Source of the DNA: Rhodospirillaceae bacterium
GTDB taxonomy: Bacteria; Pseudomonadota; Alphaproteobacteria; JAEUKQ01
DNA: 64,000 bases
Direction of reading: 5' to 3'
Assembly: GCA_016722635.1 (NCBI GenBank)
Contig: JADKIX010000003.1
Coordinates: 411,543-475,542 of the forward strand
The translations under genes were made by a program, and so were the position numbers. Positions 1-6,937 of this stretch are shown in pieces. A model generated the notes under the pieces. It was not told the DNA's origin and did no database searches. It saw nothing but the letters and a program-made list of their open reading frames with translations. The number at the start of each line of letters is the position of its first letter. The first letter of the stretch is position 1.

Positions 1-897
1 AGCCGGCTTGAGGAAAAAGGCAAGGAATGGCTGAAAAAATTTGCCTATCAATCCCATGTTCCGGTGCCGTGGGGCAATTGGGAAAGTTTCAGGGAGGAAG
101 TCAAGGAACATTTAGAGAAAATTTTTGTATCGCGTGCACCACGCCGCAAGGCCAGTGGGCCAATTCATGATGAAACCATCCGTTCTACAAAAAAATTGCA
201 ATCGGATGGTGTTTCCGCCCTTCGTACTAAATTAGCTAATATTAAGGCTAAGAATGCCGACGATTTGGATAAACTTATTTTTGATACAGACCGTGGCTCC
301 AACTCCGTTTACCAGGTACTGCTGGAGAGGCTTCAACAACATGGGTGGGATAGTAAAAAGGCTTTTGTCAATGATCTTCATATGCGACGGAGAGATGGCA
401 CCGACGGCCCCGTGATTAAAACCGTACGCCTCCAAAATACGCAAAAATCCGGTATGACTGTGCGGCAAGGAATTGCTGATAATGGTGATATGGCACGGGT
501 GGATGTGTTTTGCAAAGACAAAAAATTCTATCTAGTACCCATTTACCTGAAAGATTTCACCCAAGGCATCTTACCCAACAAAGCGGCCACGGCAGGAAAA
601 GAAGAAAATGACTGGCGGGTGATTGATGATACTTATCAGTTCATCTTTAGTTTATTCAAGGATGATCTAATTTTGGTTAAAAAGAAGAAAGAACCGGAGG
701 TTTTTGGTTATTACACAGGTATGGATAGAGCTGCAGCCAGTATTAATTTTGATCAATACAACAGGGTAAAATCAGAACGAGGCTGGGGAGTTCAAAGCTT
801 GGCAATATTTAAAAAATACCAAATTGATGTTTTAGGCAATTATCATGAGGTGAAGGGGGAAAAACGTCAGCCATTCGGTAAACCAAAGGTGGCCTGA
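1..897 (+). CDS. cas9: Cas9 (type II-C), C-terminal portion only; the N-terminus lies outside the window
   Basis: The frame is open from base 1. The C-terminal 277 aa resemble the Neisseria-type Cas9 PAM-interacting tail (DVFCKDKKFYLVPIYLKDF..., ...KKYQIDVLGNYHEV). The stop overlaps the cas1 ATG by 1 nt, a typical cas9-cas1 junction. Confidence 0.85.
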   Translation, partial: SRLEEKGKEWLKKFAYQSHVPVPWGNWESFREEVKEHLEKIFVSRAPRRKASGPIHDETIRSTKKLQSDGVSALRTKLANIKAKNADDLDKLIFDTDRGSNSVYQVLLERLQQHGWDSKKAFVNDLHMRRRDGTDGPVIKTVRLQNTQKSGMTVRQGIADNGDMARVDVFCKDKKFYLVPIYLKDFTQGILPNKAATAGKEENDWRVIDDTYQFIFSLFKDDLILVKKKKEPEVFGYYTGMDRAAASINFDQYNRVKSERGWGVQSLAIFKKYQIDVLGNYHEVKGEKRQPFGKPKVA

Positions 898-1784
898 TGG
901 GATGGCGTATTATCCATATTGGCAAGGACAGCCGCCTGAGTTTCAAAAATCATCAATTGCTGTATAAACCCGCCGATGGTTCGGAAGAAGTGACCATGCC
1001 GCTTGAGGATATTGCGGTGATCATTGCAGATAATGCGGAAATAACTTTTAGCAGTTTTCTGCTGCGGGAGTTGGCCAGTCATGGCATTGCCCTTTTCACT
1101 TGTGATGCCAGCCATATCCCCAATGGCCTGTTTTTACCCTTCCATCAGCACAGTCGCTATAGTGAGATATTGAATTATCAAATAGGCTGGAGCGAGCCTT
1201 TTAAAAAAAGGGTTTGGCAAAAAATTGTTGAGCAGAAAATTTACAATCAATTTACTGTCGTGAAGAAAGTAAAGGGTTATACCAACGCGCGATTACTCAA
1301 ACTCTCCCAATCCGTCCTTTCTGGTGATCCCGATAATTGTGAGGCGCATGCCGCCCGTGAATATTGGGATTATTTATTCGCAAATTTCAGGCGCGGCCAG
1401 GAAGACATGAAAAATAAAGCCCTAAATTATGGCTATGCCATTTTACGCGGATGTGTGGCCAGAAACTTGGTTGCCAGTGGTTTTATACCGGCCCTGGGCG
1501 TGCATCATGCCAATAACCTGAATGCCTTCAATCTAGCGGATGATGTGATTGAGCCATTCCGGCCGTTTATTGATCAAATGGTATATACCGAATTCCAAGA
1601 TTTGGAACGGCATGATTTAATACCTGCCGATAAACAAAAACTGATTGCCGTGTTAACAGAATTTTGTTCGTTCCATGAGGAAAAAATAACCGTTTTAAAG
1701 GCGATTGAGCGCACGGCGGAAACCTTGCAAAAAGCCACGCGTGAGAAAGACCCAACCGTGCTGTTGCTGCCAAGCTTTATTTAA
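897..1784 (+). CDS. cas1: Cas1 integrase (type II)
   Basis: 295 aa. The N-terminus MGWRIIHIGKDSRLSF... and overall length match type II Cas1, and it sits between cas9 and cas2. Confidence 0.9.
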   Translation: MGWRIIHIGKDSRLSFKNHQLLYKPADGSEEVTMPLEDIAVIIADNAEITFSSFLLRELASHGIALFTCDASHIPNGLFLPFHQHSRYSEILNYQIGWSEPFKKRVWQKIVEQKIYNQFTVVKKVKGYTNARLLKLSQSVLSGDPDNCEAHAAREYWDYLFANFRRGQEDMKNKALNYGYAILRGCVARNLVASGFIPALGVHHANNLNAFNLADDVIEPFRPFIDQMVYTEFQDLERHDLIPADKQKLIAVLTEFCSFHEEKITVLKAIERTAETLQKATREKDPTVLLLPSFI

Positions 1785-1856
1785 ATATCCTTCATTAATT
1801 TTTTGATTTTTTTTGAGGCTATCAATAATCCCATGAACCATAAGGAAGAGAAATTT

Positions 1857-2162
1857 ATGCGGATCCTGCTGTTTTTTGATCTTCCCACCGAATCAAAATT
1901 TGAACGGAAATGTGCCAACCAATTCCGCAAATTTTTAATTAACGACGGGTATTTCATGGTGCAGTTATCGGTTTATTGCCGCATCTGCAAAGGGCAGGAT
2001 ACCGTGGATAAACATATCGGCAGGCTAAAAAACAATTTGCCCGCAAAAGGCAGTATCCGGGTGTTGGAAATTACCGATCAGCAATATGCACGCATTAAAA
2101 TTTTAGTTGGGACGCTAAAAAAAGTGGAAAAAATAGGCAAAGAACAACTGGTTTTATTCTGA
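1857..2162 (+). CDS. cas2: Cas2 (the ORF track extends to 1803; the [10 protein letters not shown] start is more likely)
   Basis: About 101 aa. The [13 protein letters not shown]... start is typical of Cas2. An AGGAAG RBS lies upstream of 1857. The array follows immediately. Confidence 0.85.
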   Translation: MRILLFFDLPTESKFERKCANQFRKFLINDGYFMVQLSVYCRICKGQDTVDKHIGRLKNNLPAKGSIRVLEITDQQYARIKILVGTLKKVEKIGKEQLVLF

Positions 2163-2169
2163 TTTTTCT

Positions 2170-2209
2170 GGCACAAAAAAGCAAAAACCCCCTTATTTAT
2201 TCGGGGGTT
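2170..2209 (-). terminator. Rho-independent terminator, strong on the minus strand, between the cas2 stop and the first repeat
   Basis: GC stem AACCCCC/GGGGGTT with a loop. On the minus strand the hairpin is followed by TTTTTGCTTTTTT. This is consistent with stopping array transcription before it runs antisense into cas2. Confidence 0.6.
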
Positions 2210-2220
2210 AATGCGTTGAT

Positions 2221-3009
2221 ATTATAGAGCATCCGTGTGGAAAAGGAAGCTATAACCATTCATAATTGTCGTCAATTCGCCCGCATCTATTATAGAGCAT
2301 CCGTGTGGAAAAGGAAGCTATAACCCTATGAAAAATTATGAGCCTCAACGGTTATTATAGAGCATCCGTGTGGAAAAGGAAGCTATAACTTTAAATTATA
2401 AAGATTATAGAGCATCCGTGTGGAAAAGGAAGCTATAACTAAAGAATTATTTTGATCGAAATATATTATAGAGCATCCGTGTGGAAAAGGAAGCTATAAC
2501 AGCCTGGATGATGTCCAGCAAGCCTTAAACATTATAGAGCATCCGTGTGGAAAAGGAAGCTATAACGTTTCTGATTTAACGGTGGCCGATTGCATTATAG
2601 AGCATCCGTGTGGAAAAGGAAGCTATAACCATCATGTATTATAGGATATCCCTATATTTATATTATAGAGCATCCGTGTGGAAAAGGAAGCTATAACAGT
2701 GGTTAACTTGTCATCAATAAACACTGCGGCAATTATAGAGCATCCGTGTGGAAAAGGAAGCTATAACTTAGGCAGATTTCATACATTATAGAGCATCCGT
2801 GTGGAAAGGAAGCTATAACGCGCAAATTAGCTTGGCCGATATTATAGAGCATCCGTGTGGAAAAGGAAGCTATAACTCAAATATCTTGGCAAACGCCGCT
2901 AATAGCAATTATAGAGCATCCGTGTGGAAAAGGAAGCTATAACGGCTGTTAAGAGCCGGAAAAACATTGTCGTATTATAGAGCATCCGTGTGGAAAAGGA
3001 AGCTATAAC
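2221..3009 (-). CRISPR. CRISPR array with 13 repeats and 12 spacers. The plus-strand 36-bp repeat is ATTATAGAGCATCCGTGTGGAAAAGGAAGCTATAAC and the crRNA sense is probably the reverse complement GTTATAGCTTCCTTTTCCACACGGATGCTCTATAAT.
   Basis: Repeats sit at 2221, 2289, 2354, 2404, 2465, 2531, 2594, 2662, 2732, 2785 (35 bp, one A deleted), 2841, 2908 and 2974. Spacer lengths are 32, 29, 14, 25, 30, 27, 32, 34, 17, 21, 31 and 30. The reverse complement closely resembles the N. meningitidis II-C repeat (GTTGTAGCTCCC...CTACAAT) and ends in TATAAT. Confidence 0.95.
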
Positions 3010-3027
3010 TTATAGCGAGACCAATGT

Positions 3028-3056
3028 TTGATTTTATATCCTAAAAGTTGTATAAT
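3028..3056 (+). promoter_or_regulatory. Near-consensus sigma70 promoter TTGATT-17bp-TATAAT pointing away from the array
   Basis: TTGATT at 3028-3033, exact 17-bp spacer, TATAAT at 3051-3056. The predicted TSS is about 3063, directly upstream of the degenerate repeat / anti-repeat. Confidence 0.6.
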
Positions 3057-3062
3057 TTCTTT

Positions 3063-3207
3063 GAGTTATTGAGCCATCCAGAAAAGGAATAACCCCTGAC
3101 CTGCCCCCAAATTCTAATCCAGGAGAGAGTAGAGTGTTGCCGTGGTTATAGACGGTGGTGGTAAGACCATCAATGATTGATCAGGGGGCATGCCCCCTGA
3201 TTGGTTT
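3063..3207 (+). ncRNA. Candidate tracrRNA. The anti-repeat is at 3068-3093. The body may be interrupted by, or chimeric with, the IS remnant that begins at 3097.
   Basis: ATTGAGCCATCCAGAAAAGGAATAAC is an imperfect copy of the plus-strand repeat. It would pair with a minus-strand crRNA repeat leaving bulges, as in tracrRNA:crRNA duplexes. A promoter lies just upstream. A perfect palindrome ATCAGGGGGCATGCCCCCTGAT followed by TTGGTTTG at 3179-3207 could act as a terminator, but it lies inside the IS remnant. Confidence 0.3.
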
Positions 3208-3561
3208 GCAGGGTTTGACGGATTTTATCGTTGAGGCTTTCGGTGTAGCTGTTTGGCTGCGGCTTGCCCGGCGCGATATAATGTTAGTCGATGCTTTGCG
3301 CTGACGCTCAGATCAGAACGGCCGCGCTGGTCAGTTCCGGCCCGTTGTCAGAGATAATCACCTGGGGCTTGCCACGCATCTGTACGAGCCGATCCAGCTC
3401 ACGCACGACACGTAGCCCCGGCAGGGAAGTGTCCGCACTTTAATAATCTGTTCTTCCGTAAATCTCTTCTTCATAGGTCTGTTCTTTCTGCCCTGTCTTA
3501 AGGGCCTTGATCTATACCAGACCCTCCTCTATTTTGGACTAGTTTATTGGGGAGCAGGTCA
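3097..3561 (-). mobile_element. Decayed, internally deleted IS3-family (IS407-group-like) insertion sequence remnant with both terminal inverted repeats
   Basis: TGACCTGCCCCC at 3097-3108 and its near-perfect inverse GGGGAGCAGGTCA at 3549-3561. Between them on the minus strand are an orfA-like start MKKRFTEEQII and an orfB-like DDE C-terminal region. Local GC is about 60% against a host GC of about 42-45%. Confidence 0.7.
3170..3474 (-). pseudogene. IS3/IS407-family transposase remnant. The orfA 5' end is fused by deletion to the orfB 3' region, which carries two in-frame stops.
   Basis: Minus-strand translation gives MKKRFTEEQIIK... then ...ELDRLVQMRGKPQVIISDNGPELTSAAVLI*ASAQSID*HYIAPGKPQPNSYTESLNDKIRQ. 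The rve motifs (SDNGxEFTS, HYIAPGKPxQN..ESFNG.R) are recognisable but interrupted by TGA and TAA. Confidence 0.7.
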
Positions 3562-3826
3562 AATATCGTTCCTGAATTCGTTTCTTAATCTGCTCTTTCT
3601 CATAACGTCCTTTATAACACTTTCTTCGTCATCTAGGACAGTCGCCGAAATTTTTCATCGGGAAAGATAAGCCTAAAATTAAGATATCCTAGTTGCCTGG
3701 AACCAGAATCTTGACTATATTACAACCTGTCCGTTTTGGATCCCATATAAGAATGATCTATCGGTCACATCGTTATGGGTTTTTGAATCATTTAGAATAG
3801 GTATAATGGCTTAGATAGGATTTATC

Positions 3827-4390
3827 TTGTTTGCAGATTTGGAAGCCTGTACAGCTCTTGTCCTTAATGCCGATTTCCGGCCGCTTAGTTATTTTCCTTT
3901 ATCATTATGGTCCTGGCAAGATGCCATTAAGGCCGTTTGCCTGGAAAGGGTTCATATCCTTTGCGAATATGACCGCTATGTCAGCAGCGCGACCCTCCGC
4001 ATGAAAATCCCCAGCGTCATTGCTTTAAGGGAATTTATCCCCCTATCCCGCAAGCCAGCTTTTACCAGATTTAACGTATTCTTGCGCGATTGTTTCACCT
4101 GCCAATATTGCGGCACTCCCCATAAGGCCGCAGAACTGACCTTTGATCATGTCATACCTAGGTCAAGAGGGGGAAGAACCAATTGGGATAATGTGGCAAC
4201 CGCTTGCCAAACCTGCAATATGAAGAAAGGCAACAATCTGCCAGAGGTAAGTAGGATGATCCCGCTGCGCTATCCCAAAGAACCAAGCAGTTGGGAATTA
4301 CAAGAACAGGGGCGTTTTTTTCCGCCCCATCACCTGCACCAAAGTTGGCGGGACTTTTTATATTGGGACAGCGAACTCGAAGAAAGCTAA
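3827..4390 (+). CDS. HNH endonuclease family protein (TTG start at 3827; exact start uncertain)
   Basis: HNH motif CQYCG...DHVIPRSRGG..NWDNVATACQTCNMKKGN. It is about 187 aa, the conserved alphaproteobacterial small-HNH architecture. Confidence 0.75.
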   Translation: MFADLEACTALVLNADFRPLSYFPLSLWSWQDAIKAVCLERVHILCEYDRYVSSATLRMKIPSVIALREFIPLSRKPAFTRFNVFLRDCFTCQYCGTPHKAAELTFDHVIPRSRGGRTNWDNVATACQTCNMKKGNNLPEVSRMIPLRYPKEPSSWELQEQGRFFPPHHLHQSWRDFLYWDSELEES

Positions 4391-4941
4391 ACTTTCTTTG
4401 ACAGCCAAATTGCTGTTCTGGTCAAGGCCTGAATGGCTGTTTTCAAAACAGGATAGGCAGGCGCCTCATTTGCCTTATTTGCAAGGGCGGTATCGCGGTG
4501 ATGGCATTCATCTTCCCGGCATTCGGCAATAACCGCCTTTAAAGAAGATTGGTTGGGGGGTAATTTTGCCAATTGTTCCTGATAATGCCGGTCAATTACT
4601 TCCTCAACTGCCACGGTACAAGCCATCGCGGCCTTAACCCCCATTGCTGCAGTGATGACCCCCAATCCATAGCCAGCCATATGCCAAATCGGATGCAACA
4701 AGGTTGGACGGACTTTTTCTTGCCGCAATAATTGATTGAAAATATCCAAATGCTTTTGCTCTTGTTGCAACATGTTTTGCACAAGGGCAACCGTAGGGGT
4801 ATCCTTGAGCACAGCCAATTGCCCTTGGTAAATACGGATCGCCCCATATTCCCCCGCCTGATTGACGCGCAAGGCCTGATGCAGGCTTTCCTGCTCACTT
4901 AAATCACCCGGCAAGGGGGGATGGTAGGCATCATTAAACAT
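4387..4941 (-). CDS. coq7: Demethoxyubiquinone hydroxylase (Coq7 family)
   Basis: VNQAGEYGAIRIYQGQ and di-iron carboxylate motifs. Length 184 aa. Confidence 0.8.
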   Translation of the reverse strand: MFNDAYHPPLPGDLSEQESLHQALRVNQAGEYGAIRIYQGQLAVLKDTPTVALVQNMLQQEQKHLDIFNQLLRQEKVRPTLLHPIWHMAGYGLGVITAAMGVKAAMACTVAVEEVIDRHYQEQLAKLPPNQSSLKAVIAECREDECHHRDTALANKANEAPAYPVLKTAIQALTRTAIWLSKKV

Positions 4942-5440
4942 TCACTTTTCCCTTCCGGGTTGCCCTGGCCAGATAGGCCAATAAACCAACCCCTGTCACC
5001 GCATACAATAAATTATAGCCTGTCATGGAAATACCAGCCCATGTCCAAGCCGGACGGTCACAACGAACCAAAGGCTGGGTTTGCAAGGCCCGGATAAAAG
5101 ACCCAGGATCCTGCCCAATATCAATCGGGGTGCCTGCACAAGCATTCGTGCCTGCCCACCATTGCTGCTCAACACCCACATGGAAAACCGCCACCGCGCC
5201 GCTCGCAGCAATACATAAAATACCTAAGGCAGCCAACCAACGGGAGGGCCAAAACAGGGCAGCAACCAACGCCACAAGCAAACCGGCCACATAGGGATAC
5301 CGCTGATAGTGACAGAGGATGCAAGGCGCAAGCCCGCCCCAATATTGAGCCATGAGGGCTGTAAAAAGAGCCGCAAAACACCAGCAAAACATTAAAATAA
5401 AAACAATATGGGCAGTATGGGCAGGATGTTTTTTGACCAC
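4934..5440 (-). CDS. dsbB: Disulfide bond formation protein B family
   Basis: Membrane protein with CILCHYQRYPY and a second Cys pair. 168 aa. Confidence 0.65.
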   Translation of the reverse strand: MVKKHPAHTAHIVFILMFCWCFAALFTALMAQYWGGLAPCILCHYQRYPYVAGLLVALVAALFWPSRWLAALGILCIAASGAVAVFHVGVEQQWWAGTNACAGTPIDIGQDPGSFIRALQTQPLVRCDRPAWTWAGISMTGYNLLYAVTGVGLLAYLARATRKGKVNV

Positions 5441-5476
5441 AATTTTCTCCTTACAACCACTATGATGTTTTTCTTA

Positions 5477-6079
5477 TCATAAAAAAGCGATACTGGCAAA
5501 ACCCGCAATAATTAGGATAACCAGCAGCAAAATGCTTAGCCCACGATAACGGGCCATCATCAGATGGACATATGTACCATAGCGATAAACCAGAAACCCA
5601 ACAATTATAAATCGCAGTCCCCGCGTCAAGATCGACATCCCCAAAAATATCCGCCAATCGAACCCCGCTATGCCGCTGGCTATGGTTATCAATTTATAGG
5701 GGATGGGGGTTAACCCTTTTAAAAAGATAATCCATACACCCCATTCCGCATAGATCTGCCGGAACCTTGCCAAGTCCGATTCGAACCCATAGGTACGGAC
5801 AACCCACTGGCCCAATGTGTCATATAACCAAGCCCCGATGCCGTAGCCGATCATCCCACCCACCACCGATCCAACCGTGCAGGTAATCGCCCACCGCACC
5901 CAATGATTAGGACGGCCTATAACCAAAGCAATCAAAAAAATATCGGGAGGCAGTGGAAATATCCAGCTTTCAAAAAAGGCAAAACAGAAAAGGTAAAAGC
6001 CAGCCCACCGGTGCTCCGCCCACCGCGTCATCCGTTGTTGGAAAGATATCTTCTTTGATGGTATGGCCTGTTCGTCCAT
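5477..6079 (-). CDS. DedA/YqaA family inner membrane protein
   Basis: Hydrophobic 200-aa protein with YqaA-like signature residues (WIFPLPPDIFLIALVIGRP). Confidence 0.6.
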   Translation of the reverse strand: MDEQAIPSKKISFQQRMTRWAEHRWAGFYLFCFAFFESWIFPLPPDIFLIALVIGRPNHWVRWAITCTVGSVVGGMIGYGIGAWLYDTLGQWVVRTYGFESDLARFRQIYAEWGVWIIFLKGLTPIPYKLITIASGIAGFDWRIFLGMSILTRGLRFIIVGFLVYRYGTYVHLMMARYRGLSILLLVILIIAGFASIAFL

Positions 6080-6100
6080 GTAGCTTTCGGTTCCCTGCCC

Positions 6101-6928
6101 TTATTCGCTAACCCTGTTTTCTAAATCGCCAATATGGCTGATAGTGATTTTTATATGGTCGCCCGCCCGCAGGAAGCGCGGCGGATTAAAGCCCATGCCA
6201 ACGCCTGCCGGTGTGCCGGTCGCGATGATATCGCCCGGCTGCAAGGTGATTCCCGCAGCCAAGGTAACGATTAAGCTTGGGATATTAAAAATCATTTTTG
6301 AAATGCTGCTTTCCTGACGTAATTCCCCGTTGACCCAACATTTAATTGTTAAGTCTTGCTGGCCAATTTCTTCTTTGGTAACAATCCAAGGACCCATGGG
6401 CAGGAAAGTATCCAGGGATTTCCCCAGGAACCATTGTTGATGGCGTTTTTGGATATCCCGCGCTGTCACATCATTAGCAATCATATAGCCGAAAATATGC
6501 TCATCCGCTTGCGCCAGGGTAATATTTTTGGCCGTTTTGCCAATAACCACCGCTAGTTCTGCCTCATAATCGATTTTTGAGCTTAAATATTTCGGCAATT
6601 TGATGGATTGGTTGGGCCCAATAATACAATTATCTGCCTTGGTAAAAAAAATAGGGTATTCGGGGACAGCATCCCCGCTGACAGCTGTTTGGCTGACTTC
6701 CTTCAAATGCTCGTGGTAGTTTTTCCCCACACAAAACACATTGCGGCCAGGTTTGGGGATGGGCGCTAACAGCGTGATTTGGCTAAAAGGGATCGATGGC
6801 GCTTCAAAAGATGTTTTTTGCTTGATAATATCCATCATATCGAACGCCAACGGCTTAACGGTTTGTTGTCCTAAATCAACAGCCCCGGCCAATTGCTGAC
6901 CTTGGTATAAGAAAGTCGCATACTTCAA
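6101..6928 (-). CDS. Fumarylacetoacetate hydrolase (FAH) family protein
   Basis: 275 aa. FAH-fold motifs (GKNYHEH, DYEAELAVVIGK, GDIIATGTPAGVG). Confidence 0.75.
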   Translation of the reverse strand: MKYATFLYQGQQLAGAVDLGQQTVKPLAFDMMDIIKQKTSFEAPSIPFSQITLLAPIPKPGRNVFCVGKNYHEHLKEVSQTAVSGDAVPEYPIFFTKADNCIIGPNQSIKLPKYLSSKIDYEAELAVVIGKTAKNITLAQADEHIFGYMIANDVTARDIQKRHQQWFLGKSLDTFLPMGPWIVTKEEIGQQDLTIKCWVNGELRQESSISKMIFNIPSLIVTLAAGITLQPGDIIATGTPAGVGMGFNPPRFLRAGDHIKITISHIGDLENRVSE

Positions 6929-6937
6929 GTGAACCCC

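Noticed and set aside
1803-1856. Extended cas2 start at 1803 ([18 protein letters not shown]...)
   Set aside because: Cas2 proteins are about 95-105 aa and begin near [10 protein letters not shown]. The internal ATG at 1857 has an AGGAAG RBS, and the upstream extension has no counterpart in Cas2.
2390-2403. The 14-bp spacer as a possible miscount of the repeat boundaries
   Set aside because: Re-counting shows the flanking repeats at 2354-2389 and 2404-2439 are full-length 36-bp units. The short spacer is real in this sequence.
3179-3207. The perfect palindrome ATCAGGGGGCATGCCCCCTGAT plus TTGGTTTG as a dedicated tracrRNA terminator
   Set aside because: It lies inside the IS407-like remnant (within the decayed orfB reading frame), so it is more likely an IS-derived sequence. 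It is kept only as a possible fortuitous end of a chimeric transcript.
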